This document shows, one piece after another, positions 39,145 through 48,407 of a stretch of 64,000 nt of DNA. The notes under the pieces were generated by a model that saw nothing but the letters and a program-made list of their open reading frames with translations, was not told where the DNA came from and did no database searches. The stretch spans positions 26,845 to 90,844 of the IMG/VR virus record IMGVR_UViG_3300025608_000015; one strand, 5' to 3'. Made by a program: the position numbers and the translations under genes. This DNA comes from a virus. Its lineage: Duplodnaviria; Caudoviricetes. How positions within the stretch are numbered: position 1 is the first letter of the stretch; the number at the start of each line of letters is the position of its first letter.

Positions 39145-39914
39145 AAATAAAATGGTCAGGACTAGCAGATGCAAAATATTTTCAGCATATTGCACAATAC
39201 TGTTTGCCTAGTTGGGAAAAATTACCCGGAGACAAACATATTGTCCATGACGATACGTTAATAACCTATAATTTTATTAATCTAGTAAACTGGGACAATA
39301 TTGTAAATTATAATAGTGAGTATTGGGTAACTTATAATAACGGAAAAAAGAAAACTAATAGCTTTTGGAAAAAAATGCAAAGCCAAGTATGGGCGGTTAG
39401 AAATTTAAAAAACTGCGATGTATTAATACTATTAGATACAGACATTGAAGTTTTAAATTTTAACAAGAAAAAATTTAATGCTATGTTAGAAGACTTTCTC
39501 AGCTTAGATTATATTTGGGCAACTGGTCAGTCGCAAAGAAAGGGGCACGATTCGGGATTTATAATCTTTAATATGAATCATCCTAAATTAAATGAACTTA
39601 TCGATTATTATGAAAATATATGGGATAGTGGGACTATTTTTAAGCTCAAAAAATCATACGACGGACATGCTGTAGAAAGTATGTTTGACAAGTATCCTTC
39701 GTATAAGATCCCAAATATTGATTATGGGAATGGATTTCATGTTTATGATTTGGGATTTGTACACTACGGTAGTAAGATACCTAAAAAATTGCGCCAGGAA
39801 TCAAAGTTTAATGGCGAAAAAATAGTAGAAGAATATACAGCTGACAAAGAAATTAAATGGACTAAACATTCTTGGGCTGTACACGGACCATGGAAAGATG
39901 ATAATGAACAATAG
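39141..39914 (+). CDS. GT-A-type (DxD) glycosyltransferase-like protein (start ATG 39141)
   Basis: ILLDTDIE, HDSGFIIFN, YDGH. SD GAGGA. Paralogous to 40901 and 49436. Confidence 0.6.
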   Translation: MKIKWSGLADAKYFQHIAQYCLPSWEKLPGDKHIVHDDTLITYNFINLVNWDNIVNYNSEYWVTYNNGKKKTNSFWKKMQSQVWAVRNLKNCDVLILLDTDIEVLNFNKKKFNAMLEDFLSLDYIWATGQSQRKGHDSGFIIFNMNHPKLNELIDYYENIWDSGTIFKLKKSYDGHAVESMFDKYPSYKIPNIDYGNGFHVYDLGFVHYGSKIPKKLRQESKFNGEKIVEEYTADKEIKWTKHSWAVHGPWKDDNEQ

Positions 39915-40530
39915 AGATAAAATAAAAAATTTACTTCAATATACTATAACCAGCGGAAAAGCATACAACGGTGGCGCATTTGAAGGTGGATATCATACTC
40001 TTAATATATTAGGCGAGACTGTTCAAGGACAAAGATTACCTAGTTACCGTTATGAGCATATAGATTATGACTTTACAGGAAAAACTGTTTTAGATATTGG
40101 TAGTAACCAAGGTGGCATGTTATACGAAATACAGTCTAAAATTAAACAAGGTATCGGCATAGACTTTGATTATAGATTAGTTAATGTTGCTAATAGAATA
40201 TCAAATACTCATAATTATAGTAATCTTAGTTTTTATGTTTTTGACTTAGATAAAGAAGACTATAACTTATTAAATAATTTTGCTAATGAAAAAATAGATG
40301 TAATATTTTTATTATCTGTATGTATGTGGATTAAAGATTGGAAATCTTTAGTAGAATGGGTCTATAATAATTCAAATCATTGTTTGTTTGAAACAAACGG
40401 TAAAAAAGAACAACAACACGAACAAATAAACTTTTTAAAGTCTTTATATAAAAAAGTAACAATTACTCATGAAGTAAGTGCTGACGATCCAGGACAAAAG
40501 AAGAGAAAAACTGTTTGGTGCAGTAAATGA
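39898..40530 (+). CDS. Class I SAM-dependent methyltransferase
   Basis: GKTVLDIGSNQGG motif I, GIGIDFD motif II, DVIFLLSV. Confidence 0.8.
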   Translation: MIMNNRDKIKNLLQYTITSGKAYNGGAFEGGYHTLNILGETVQGQRLPSYRYEHIDYDFTGKTVLDIGSNQGGMLYEIQSKIKQGIGIDFDYRLVNVANRISNTHNYSNLSFYVFDLDKEDYNLLNNFANEKIDVIFLLSVCMWIKDWKSLVEWVYNNSNHCLFETNGKKEQQHEQINFLKSLYKKVTITHEVSADDPGQKKRKTVWCSK

Positions 40531-40913
40531 AACCTACACCGTTAACTATAAGCGGAACAATAATAGACGGAACTAATAATTCAAACACATGGTTTCCTAG
40601 ATTTCTTCCTAATTTGTATCCTGGTACTCTAAATGTTTTGTTAGATAATTATAGACCTGATATTGAATGGCACACTGATATTTTAATAACCGACGGAAAA
40701 TATAAGGATTCTAAATTAAGATTAGCTAATTGTAAAATAAACAATTTGCCTGCACTTATTATTAAACCTCCAAAGTTTAAATACCTTAAAAGATACAATT
40801 GGGTAGAAATAGGACACACTAATAGACTACGAGAAATGCTAAATTTAAACAATAATGATAGAGTTGAAATTACTTTTGTTCAAGGCTTAGAAACTATACT
40901 TTATTTCCAATAA
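40527..40913 (+). CDS. Archaeal-type CTP-dependent riboflavin kinase-like protein (RibK/DUF120 fold)
   Basis: ISGTIIDG, YPGTLNV, ALIIKP and VEI...LREMLNL..NDRVEI align by eye with the archaeal RibK motifs. Confidence 0.6.
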   Translation: MKPTPLTISGTIIDGTNNSNTWFPRFLPNLYPGTLNVLLDNYRPDIEWHTDILITDGKYKDSKLRLANCKINNLPALIIKPPKFKYLKRYNWVEIGHTNRLREMLNLNNNDRVEITFVQGLETILYFQ

Positions 40914-41740
40914 TTCTCTGTTCTATTAACCATTATATCTTTAATGTCAGATTTGCCTTTATTTTTTCTTCCGCCTTTCATATGATCAAACCATGTACCT
41001 AGTATACCATTGATATATGGATGACCTCCTCCACCTGTCTTTGCTTCTCGTAAATACATGTCTGCTGAATAGTCATACTCGGCATTAAAGTCTTTATACT
41101 TCTTAAGTATTTCGCCAAACACATACGAGTCATGCCATTCTTCTAATGTAAAGATACCGTTCTCGGCATTCTCGTACATACGTTCAAAGTCTTCTAAGAA
41201 ACTGTGACACACAGGATGATTTAAGTTCATACCATAGAAGCCGCACTCTGGCCAAGTCTGCGATCCTTTACCTCTACCTACATATGTAATGTATGAATTA
41301 TCTGGAAGCAAATCTTTAAACTGATTGTATGTAACAGGACTGTGTACATAGGTGTCTGCATCCATCCACACTACCCAATTACTAGGACGTCTAGCACATG
41401 CATCGAACACAGCATATACTTTATTAGCAAAACGAACAGCGTCCCACTTAAACGCTTTGTGCCAATCTCTAGGACGGCGAGCTTTTATTTCTGGCGGCGG
41501 TGTTCCGTTTGCTTTTGGATCGTCTTTGTATTTTAATTTGAACTTGTTTAACTTAGGCAATGCTTCACTTGCATCTAAGATTGTAATTTGTTCTGGACAA
41601 GGATTAACAGGAACACAATCTTCTGCGTATACTAGCAACTTTACTCGTTCTACTTTTTCAGCAAAGCTATCTATAAATCGCTGTCCATATTTTTCTAAGC
41701 CTTCTGGATGAAAGGTAGTTACCACAGTTATGTCAGTCAT
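40901..41740 (-). CDS. GT-A-type (DxD) glycosyltransferase-like protein
   Basis: DAVRFANKVYA, VVWMDADT, ECGFYGMN, EWHDSYVF. SD AGGA. Confidence 0.65.
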   Translation of the reverse strand: MTDITVVTTFHPEGLEKYGQRFIDSFAEKVERVKLLVYAEDCVPVNPCPEQITILDASEALPKLNKFKLKYKDDPKANGTPPPEIKARRPRDWHKAFKWDAVRFANKVYAVFDACARRPSNWVVWMDADTYVHSPVTYNQFKDLLPDNSYITYVGRGKGSQTWPECGFYGMNLNHPVCHSFLEDFERMYENAENGIFTLEEWHDSYVFGEILKKYKDFNAEYDYSADMYLREAKTGGGGHPYINGILGTWFDHMKGGRKNKGKSDIKDIMVNRTENYWK

Positions 41741-41752
41741 TTGTTGTTCCTG

Positions 41753-41773
41753 TTAAATACACAGAGTATTTAA
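41753..41773. promoter_or_regulatory. Face-to-face divergent late boxes TTAAATAC-ACAGA-GTATTTAA
   Basis: 8-bp inverted repeat in the 35-bp gap between the divergent glycan genes at 41740 (-) and 41776 (+). Confidence 0.65.
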
Positions 41774-41775
41774 TC

Positions 41776-42630
41776 ATGAAATTTAATTTATGGACACAGT
41801 ATGGCGCACTCAATTCTAAACCAGTTTTTGACGCTTTTCATAGCGGTTGTAAGTCTCTCGGTTATGATTGTAGTTTCAATTCTAATGACGGGGACATTGA
41901 TGTTATTTGGAGTGTTCTTTTCCATGGTCGTATGGCTGGAAACCGTGCAATATGGGAAAGAGCTATGGCGCAATCCAAACCGGTGGTGGTCTTAGAAGTA
42001 GGCGGTATTAAAAGGGGAACAACTTGGAAGGTAGGGCTAAATGGGATTAATAGAGATGCTTCTTTCGCTGCTAGTGGGTGTGACAGTAGGCGTTGCGATC
42101 TACTTGATCTGCGATTAAAACCTTGGCGCACAGACGGCGAATATATTCTACTCTGCGGACAACACGATCGTAGTCTACAATGGGATATGTTGCCTAGCAT
42201 GGATCGTTGGGTTGCAGAAACTATTAAAAATATTAGAGCGTACACAGACCGTCCTATAATATTTCGACCACATCCTAGATGTTCAGTTAAAAATATAGAA
42301 AGACAGTTTAAAGATGTTATCAGACAAAACCCTCGCCATTTGCCTAACACTTATGACAGTTTTGATATGGGCTTCGATGACATTTACACTACTGTAAGTT
42401 GGACCAGCAATCCAGGAATACACTCAGTAATCGAAGGTATTCCTGCATACACATCACAGTCAAGTCTTGCCTGGGACGTAAGTATTAAAAGTCTTACTAA
42501 TCTAAATAATCCTCCCTTACCAGATAGGCAACAATGGCTCAACGATTACTCTTACACAGAATGGACTGTGGAAGAAATAGCACAAGGAATCCCACTTAAA
42601 CGATTGACAAATAAAATCAACATGTTATAA
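41776..42630 (+). CDS. Capsule-synthesis (KpsS-like) GT-B family protein
   Basis: YILLCGQ..RS, IIFRPHP, VSWTSNPGIHSVIEGIPAY, WL..YSYTEWTVEEI..G. Paralogue of 38221. Confidence 0.65.
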   Translation: MKFNLWTQYGALNSKPVFDAFHSGCKSLGYDCSFNSNDGDIDVIWSVLFHGRMAGNRAIWERAMAQSKPVVVLEVGGIKRGTTWKVGLNGINRDASFAASGCDSRRCDLLDLRLKPWRTDGEYILLCGQHDRSLQWDMLPSMDRWVAETIKNIRAYTDRPIIFRPHPRCSVKNIERQFKDVIRQNPRHLPNTYDSFDMGFDDIYTTVSWTSNPGIHSVIEGIPAYTSQSSLAWDVSIKSLTNLNNPPLPDRQQWLNDYSYTEWTVEEIAQGIPLKRLTNKINML

Positions 42631-42631
42631 T
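42604..42631 (+). promoter_or_regulatory. Consensus sigma70 promoter, leaderless
   Basis: TTGACA, 16 nt, TGT-TATAAT. Predicted +1 falls on ATG 42638. Confidence 0.8.
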
Positions 42632-42637
42632 AATAAC

Positions 42638-43870
42638 ATGAATGTAATATACATAGAAGATTGTTTAGAACTACTTGTATCCGAAAATACATACAGTCCA
42701 AAGTTTCGTTTAGAATCTAGCGACGTAAGTTTTCTTAATAGTATAGCAAGTCAGGTACGTAAAGGCATGGCGTTAACAGAACGTCAGTATAATGCTGTGA
42801 TAGAAAAATGCTTGTATTACAAAGATTTTTTTGATGAAAAAGAAATTGATATTAATGCAAGTATCAAGGAAGTTAGGTACTCTTTTAGAGAAATTGACAG
42901 ACGAAAAGAAATTACAATAGAGCATTTAGAAGAATGGCGTGCCGATGCTATTAGGATTAGATTCCCGTTCAGTAAAAAACAAATCCGTGTTATTCAACAA
43001 ATAAAAGAAAGTATATCCTATAAAGACCATTTACATAAAAAAGGTTCCCACGAACACTTTATAAAACTTACACCAACTAATCTATATCAAATAAACAAGT
43101 ATTTTGATTTTCCTAATTTTGATATTCAACAGGAAGTAAAAGATTTATTAGACAGAATAAAAGTAATAGTGCATAGCAAACATGAGCATGCTCCTGGCGT
43201 TTACGATTATAAATTAAAAAATCTGCATCCTAATGCAGAAAAATATATTACACATAAAATCGGAACCCCTAACAGAAATAATTTGTATAAATTTTATGAT
43301 AGAAAAAATTATTATGGATTAACATATTTCGACGAAGTCTGTGTAGAAGAAAGTTTAACATTATGTTCTGACTTTACAAGGTCAGTTGTTAAAAGAAAGC
43401 ATAGTTCTGTTTGGAATAAAAGCGACTACGAAAACTATTCAAACATAATTGATACATTAAACGATCTTGATAGATATCCGTTGTTTGTTCTTTTACCTAA
43501 CGAAAACGAATATAGTTTACTCGAACAAACTCATAAGTTACTTTCTAAGTATGTTGATAATAAAGATATCAGTGTTATGTTTAGATTAGATAACACAGAA
43601 GATGAAAATATTAAATTTAACAATTATATAAAAGATAACAACTTAAATAATTCTCTTGCAAATAGCACAAAGATTGTGTATACTAATAATAAAATTACAA
43701 AGCCTACATTAGAAAGTGGAATACTGCCAGAAGCATGGTTGTGTTTGCAGTCAGATAGATTGCCTTTGGAATTAAACAAATATATGAATCAGAGTGATTT
43801 AATTATTTTTAGTGTAGAAGAATTAAGTCCGTTTAATCTTTATGGATACAAGCAGTACGATACGATATAA
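42638..43870 (+). CDS. Hypothetical protein co-transcribed with uvsW
   Basis: 410-aa ORF with its own promoter, coupled to uvsW by TAATG. Confidence 0.65.
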   Translation: MNVIYIEDCLELLVSENTYSPKFRLESSDVSFLNSIASQVRKGMALTERQYNAVIEKCLYYKDFFDEKEIDINASIKEVRYSFREIDRRKEITIEHLEEWRADAIRIRFPFSKKQIRVIQQIKESISYKDHLHKKGSHEHFIKLTPTNLYQINKYFDFPNFDIQQEVKDLLDRIKVIVHSKHEHAPGVYDYKLKNLHPNAEKYITHKIGTPNRNNLYKFYDRKNYYGLTYFDEVCVEESLTLCSDFTRSVVKRKHSSVWNKSDYENYSNIIDTLNDLDRYPLFVLLPNENEYSLLEQTHKLLSKYVDNKDISVMFRLDNTEDENIKFNNYIKDNNLNNSLANSTKIVYTNNKITKPTLESGILPEAWLCLQSDRLPLELNKYMNQSDLIIFSVEELSPFNLYGYKQYDTI

Positions 43871-45333
43871 TGGCAAGTTGTAAACTTATAATAGAAGATG
43901 AAGTTAATATTAAACTAGAAGGTCTTGACGTAGACGTTAGACGTAAATTGTCTAGTGCGCTCAAGTTTGAAGTTCCTTACGCACGATACATGCCACAGTA
44001 TAAACTAGGACGTTGGGATGGCAAGGTTGCGTTCTTTGGCATCGGCGGCACGGGGTATGTAAACCATCTTGACAAGATTGTAGAAGTTCTAGAAAAGAAC
44101 AATGTTCAAATAGTTGACATTGAAGATAATAGACATCCTGTAACATTAAACTTTCCGACTATCACAGAAGACTACTGGAAGGAACAAGATGTACGCTGGC
44201 CCAAAGGACATCCAGCAGAAGGCGAACACATTGTACTACGAGACTATCAAGTAGAAGCAATCAACAACTTTTTAAAGAATCCACAGAGCCTGCAAGAGAT
44301 TGCTACTGGTGCAGGTAAAACAATTACAACAGCAACACTAAGTCACTTATGTGAGCCGTATGGACGTAGTCTAGTCATTGTTCCTAACAAATCACTTGTT
44401 ACACAAACTGAAGAAGACTATCGCAACTGCGGCTTGGATGTAGGGGTGTACTTCGGCGACAGAAAGGAGTTAGGTAAGACTCACACTATCTGCACATGGC
44501 AGAGCTTGAACATTCTCGATAAGAAGTTCAAAGACGGCAGTGCAGTACTAAGTCTCGCAGAGTTCTTAGATGGCGTGAGCGCGATTATTGTCGACGAAGT
44601 ACACCAGGCTAAAGCAGAAGTACTAAAGAATTTGCTTACACGCAACCTACGCAATGCTCCTATCCGTTGGGGACTTACTGGCACAGTACCTAAAGAGGCA
44701 TTTGAATTCGAAAGTATTCATGCTAGCCTTGGTCCAGTTATAGGTAGTATCACAGCAAAAGAACTGCAAGACAAGGGTGTACTGTCTAACTGTCATGTAA
44801 ACATTTGTCAGTTGATTGATACACAAGCGCATAGCGACTATCAATCAGAATTGAAGTATCTAGTAACGAACAAAGACAGAATTGAATACATTGGAAAACT
44901 ATTAAACAATGTTAGGCAAGAAGGTAACACACTTATACTAGTTGACAGAATTAGTGCAGGTGAAATGTTACAAGAACACATTCCAGGTAGTGTGTTTGTC
45001 AAAGGCGATGTAAAGCTCAAGGACAGGAAAGAAGCGTATGATGAAATTAATGAAGCAGACAATCATGTGGTTATTGCAACATATGGTGTTGCCGCCGTTG
45101 GCATTAATATTCCTCGTATTTTTAACCTCGTTCTTATTGAGCCTGGTAAGTCCTTTGTAAGAGTAATACAATCAATAGGCAGAGGCGTAAGAAAGGCAAA
45201 GGACAAAGACTTTGTACAGATATGGGATATAACAAGTACCTGTAAATTTGCAAAGCGACATCTTACACAACGTAAGAAGTTTTACAAGGAGGCACAATAC
45301 CCCTTCACAATAGAAAAGATTGATTGGACATAA
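43870..45333 (+). CDS. uvsW: SF2 DNA helicase UvsW-like
   Basis: LRDYQ, IATGAGKT, IVDEVH, GLTGT, ATYGVAAVGINIP, QSIGRGVR. Confidence 0.9.
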   Translation: MASCKLIIEDEVNIKLEGLDVDVRRKLSSALKFEVPYARYMPQYKLGRWDGKVAFFGIGGTGYVNHLDKIVEVLEKNNVQIVDIEDNRHPVTLNFPTITEDYWKEQDVRWPKGHPAEGEHIVLRDYQVEAINNFLKNPQSLQEIATGAGKTITTATLSHLCEPYGRSLVIVPNKSLVTQTEEDYRNCGLDVGVYFGDRKELGKTHTICTWQSLNILDKKFKDGSAVLSLAEFLDGVSAIIVDEVHQAKAEVLKNLLTRNLRNAPIRWGLTGTVPKEAFEFESIHASLGPVIGSITAKELQDKGVLSNCHVNICQLIDTQAHSDYQSELKYLVTNKDRIEYIGKLLNNVRQEGNTLILVDRISAGEMLQEHIPGSVFVKGDVKLKDRKEAYDEINEADNHVVIATYGVAAVGINIPRIFNLVLIEPGKSFVRVIQSIGRGVRKAKDKDFVQIWDITSTCKFAKRHLTQRKKFYKEAQYPFTIEKIDWT

Positions 45334-45335
45334 TA

Positions 45336-45842
45336 ATGAGAATATTAACCTTAGAGAACGAGTGTTTTTTCTTAAACAACCTACCAGAACAATTAGAAGA
45401 CGATGTTAGATTTGCTGTTTTAGATAATTCAGATCCAAAAGATCCTGATTTCTTTTTTCCGCCTTTGATCTTTTTAGAGTCGTTTAGTTCTCCTGCTATG
45501 GTACTAGAAATTGCAGGACAAGAAATTACAATGCCGCTAGATTGGAGCATTGCTGTAGGCGATGCAGAAAGTGGAAATGACTTAGAAGTACTTCCGTTAA
45601 CAAGTTTGAATGATCGAGGATTTGATGCATTTTTATACAATCCATTATCCAGCTTTAAACCGGAATTCGGTGATATTAAAATAACTAATTTTTACAACGA
45701 CGTAAAATGGTATTTTCCTAAAGTACGAAATGGACAATTGATATGCATTCCCGTTACTACAGGAAAAAAGCCGTTGTGTGCTATGTTTGTTAAAGAAATT
45801 TCAAGACAAAGCGAATTAATTGATTATAGTCAATTACTATAA
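45336..45842 (+). CDS. Hypothetical beta-rich protein, possibly a degenerate Hint-like fold (start ATG 45336)
   Basis: Starts 2 nt after the uvsW stop. The fold call is inference only. Confidence 0.5.
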   Translation: MRILTLENECFFLNNLPEQLEDDVRFAVLDNSDPKDPDFFFPPLIFLESFSSPAMVLEIAGQEITMPLDWSIAVGDAESGNDLEVLPLTSLNDRGFDAFLYNPLSSFKPEFGDIKITNFYNDVKWYFPKVRNGQLICIPVTTGKKPLCAMFVKEISRQSELIDYSQLL

Positions 45843-45861
45843 AACCATAAAAGGAGTATAT

Positions 45862-46689
45862 ATGTTTGGTTTATTTAAAGATGTAGATAGGTCAATGATG
45901 TTAAAACTTGCATTCTTGCATGTTGTAGTCATTACTATCTCGAACGCATTAGTCAACATTCCTGTTGAATTTTTTGGCGTTAAACTAACTTGGGCGGCGT
46001 TTACATTTCCGCTCGTAATTATTGCTACTGATTTAACAGTGCGATTACTAGGTAAAGGTATTGCTAGAGCAACTATTGCCGCAGCATATCCGTTTGCTAT
46101 CATTGGATCAATTGCTGTTGTACTTGCAGAAGGTGCACCAGAAAGTGTAGCATTACGTATTGGATTTGCATCAGCAACAGCATATGCTGTAGGTACATTC
46201 CTTGATGTATATGTATTCCAATGGATTCGTGAAAACTACACCAAGCAATGGTGGGCGGCGCCTGCATTGTCAACTATTGTAGCAAACATTATCGATAGTT
46301 ACACATTCTTTGCTGTTGCGTTTAATAACAGTGCAGACCCATATATGGCAGAACACTGGTTCGAAATTGCAGGGTCACAGACTGTATTAAAGATTGTTGT
46401 AGGACTTGTTATCTTCCTACCTATTTACGGTGTGCTATTAAGAGCTATTGCTGGACGGTTAGGTGAGGAAGCAGTTGGTATCCAAGCCAAGGAAGCGCCA
46501 GCTGTTAGCGTTACTAAAGCTCGTAACCCAGAAAAAACAGCTACAAAGCAAACTAAAAAAGCAACTTCAAAAGTTGACTTAGATGCAATGTCTAAAAATG
46601 ACTTATTAGCCCATGCAAAAGCAAATGGTATTAAAGCCAATGCAAGCATGAAGAAAGCAGACTTAATTGCTGCTATTAAGAATGGCTAA
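45862..46689 (+). CDS. yhhQ: Queuosine-precursor (preQ0/preQ1) transporter, VUT family, with a C-terminal Rho_N/HeH-like domain (start ATG 45862)
   Basis: LHVVVITISNALV.IP, TWAAFTFP...ATDLTVRLLG..IAR, RIGFAS..AY, DVYVF, WW.AP..ST...IIDSY.FF. SD AAGGAG. Confidence 0.85.
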   Translation: MFGLFKDVDRSMMLKLAFLHVVVITISNALVNIPVEFFGVKLTWAAFTFPLVIIATDLTVRLLGKGIARATIAAAYPFAIIGSIAVVLAEGAPESVALRIGFASATAYAVGTFLDVYVFQWIRENYTKQWWAAPALSTIVANIIDSYTFFAVAFNNSADPYMAEHWFEIAGSQTVLKIVVGLVIFLPIYGVLLRAIAGRLGEEAVGIQAKEAPAVSVTKARNPEKTATKQTKKATSKVDLDAMSKNDLLAHAKANGIKANASMKKADLIAAIKNG

Positions 46690-46939
46690 ACTGCTTCCAG
46701 GCGAGCCCTTGATATACGAGCGTAACGACGGTGTTGTTTACGCTCGTTATCGTGACCTCCCAGATATCCCTCGTTGGATTGTGGGAGGGGACCCTGCCGG
46801 AGTAGCACGAGCAACAGGTAGATTATTACACTGGGGCGAATGGGAACAACTGTGCGATCTAGCACAAGAACATCCTACACTTAAAAAACAACTTGACAAA
46901 ACCGTTGAACTATACTATATTATAAAAGATGGCAAATAA
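46682..46939 (+). CDS. Hypothetical protein (start ATG 46682)
   Basis: LIYERNDGVVYAR. Overlaps both neighbours by 8-11 bp. Confidence 0.6.
   Translation: MAKLLPGEPLIYERNDGVVYARYRDLPDIPRWIVGGDPAGVARATGRLLHWGEWEQLCDLAQEHPTLKKQLDKTVELYYIIKDGK
46893..46921 (+). promoter_or_regulatory. sigma70 promoter, near-leaderless
   Basis: TTGACA, 17 nt, TATATT. Predicted +1 at 46928, ATG at 46929. Confidence 0.6.
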
Positions 46940-47381
46940 ACTCCCCGTAAAAGACATACTAGCCGCTGTAGACATGAACGCAAAGTCTGTTTGGAAAGAA
47001 CTCAGCGATGACGAAAAGAAACAAGTAAGTTTTTGGTTGCTGAATAGATATGTGTCTAATGTAAAAGGCAATAGAGAGCAACAAGAGCTTGCTGTTTTTA
47101 AAACCAACGAATACTTTAATAAGAATTACATGGAAGTTAGCAAGCATCCACAACTACAATGGCAACTATTATGTATGAGTGGTGCTACTGGCAAGATAGA
47201 ATATCATCCCTGGCAAGGACATAAGAAGAAAGAATCTGCAGATAATAACAAAGCAGTTAAGTTATTAGAACAAATTCATCCTAACATGAAACAAAAAGAG
47301 GTAGAAATTCTTGCTAGATTATATACAAAAAAAGAACTCAAACAACTGGCTGAAGAACATAACATTGACATCAAACTCTGA
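46929..47381 (+). CDS. Clamp-loader small subunit-like (T4 gp62 family)
   Basis: DILAAVD...FWLLNRYVS...NEYFN......HPQLQWQLLC pattern, in a replication cluster. Confidence 0.5.
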   Translation: MANKLPVKDILAAVDMNAKSVWKELSDDEKKQVSFWLLNRYVSNVKGNREQQELAVFKTNEYFNKNYMEVSKHPQLQWQLLCMSGATGKIEYHPWQGHKKKESADNNKAVKLLEQIHPNMKQKEVEILARLYTKKELKQLAEEHNIDIKL

Positions 47382-48060
47382 TAAAACATACAAGTGTGAA
47401 TACTGTGGAAACAGTTATATGCGAGAAAAAACTCTTGCGGCGCACATGTGTGAAAAGAAAAGACGTTGGTTACAAAAAGACGAAAAGCGTGTACGTTATG
47501 GGTTATATGCATTTAATAGATTCTACAAATTAAGTGCAGGTTCTAAAAAAGATAAAACCTACGAAGATTTTGTAAACAGTCAATACTATAATGCGTTTGT
47601 TAAATTTGGCAGCTTTATTAGCAATGTTCAGCCGTTGTATCCAGAACATTACATTGACTATGTTGTTACCAGTGGTGTAAAATTAGATCATTGGGCTAAA
47701 GATGCATTGTACGAAAAGTATGTGCTAGAATTAATTTTAAAAGAAGATGTTAGCACGGCATTAGAACGTTCAGTAAAGACTATGATGGAATGGGCCAGTG
47801 AAAATGAGCCTGCTCCGTGGAATCATTATTTTCAACATGTGAGTTTAAACAGAGCAGTATGGCATATCAAAGACGGCAAAATATCACCGTGGTTACTATT
47901 AAATTGTAAGAGTGGAAAAGAAATGCTAGGCAAATTTAACGACGAGCAATTACAGTTAGTCTATCACGTGATTAATCCAGAACACTGGGCGTTAAGGTTT
48001 AAAAGACAGCCTGGTGATGTACAACTAGCAAAAGACGTAGCAAAGGAAAGTGGACTATGA
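47365..48060 (+). CDS. Hypothetical protein with N-terminal Zn finger (start uncertain, TTG 47365)
   Basis: YKCEYCGNSY.REKTLAAHMC. Confidence 0.6.
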   Translation: MTSNSDKTYKCEYCGNSYMREKTLAAHMCEKKRRWLQKDEKRVRYGLYAFNRFYKLSAGSKKDKTYEDFVNSQYYNAFVKFGSFISNVQPLYPEHYIDYVVTSGVKLDHWAKDALYEKYVLELILKEDVSTALERSVKTMMEWASENEPAPWNHYFQHVSLNRAVWHIKDGKISPWLLLNCKSGKEMLGKFNDEQLQLVYHVINPEHWALRFKRQPGDVQLAKDVAKESGL

Positions 48061-48407
48061 TTATTTTAATTTGCGGAGCAGAAGGAAGTGGAAAAACAAC
48101 ACTAGCAAAACCTTTTGCAGATTTATTAGGTGCAGTGTATGTAAATAAAGATACCTATCCTCGTGCAGAACTAAAAGGATACATAGACGGCTTGGTAGCG
48201 GCAGATAACACTGTTGTTGTAGATAAAAGATGTCAAACAACTGATGCACATAGATATATTAATCCTGATTTTGTAGTTTGGATGGACACAGTTGATGCAA
48301 AAATTGACACTCCGCCAAAAGTTGATTATCATGTTGCAGAGTGGTTTAAAGATACACACGAGCAACTACTATTTGTAGTTACTAGATATATGGAAAGAAA
48401 CACATGA
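48057..48407 (+). CDS. Short P-loop kinase (adenylylsulfate-kinase-like)
   Basis: ILICGAEGSGKTTLAK Walker A, DFVVWMDT. Confidence 0.6.
   Translation: MIILICGAEGSGKTTLAKPFADLLGAVYVNKDTYPRAELKGYIDGLVAADNTVVVDKRCQTTDAHRYINPDFVVWMDTVDAKIDTPPKVDYHVAEWFKDTHEQLLFVVTRYMERNT

Noticed and set aside
35798-40913. Archaeal-type FAD pathway (RibK plus RibL)
   Set aside because: The 35798 enzyme matches the HldE-C pattern (GDRLIVGVNSD), is fused to a sugar cupin and sits among glycosyltransferases, so a sugar-nucleotide role fits better.
47365-47393. TTGACA at 47365 (and at 48955) as promoters
   Set aside because: No acceptable -10 hexamer at 16-18 nt spacing.
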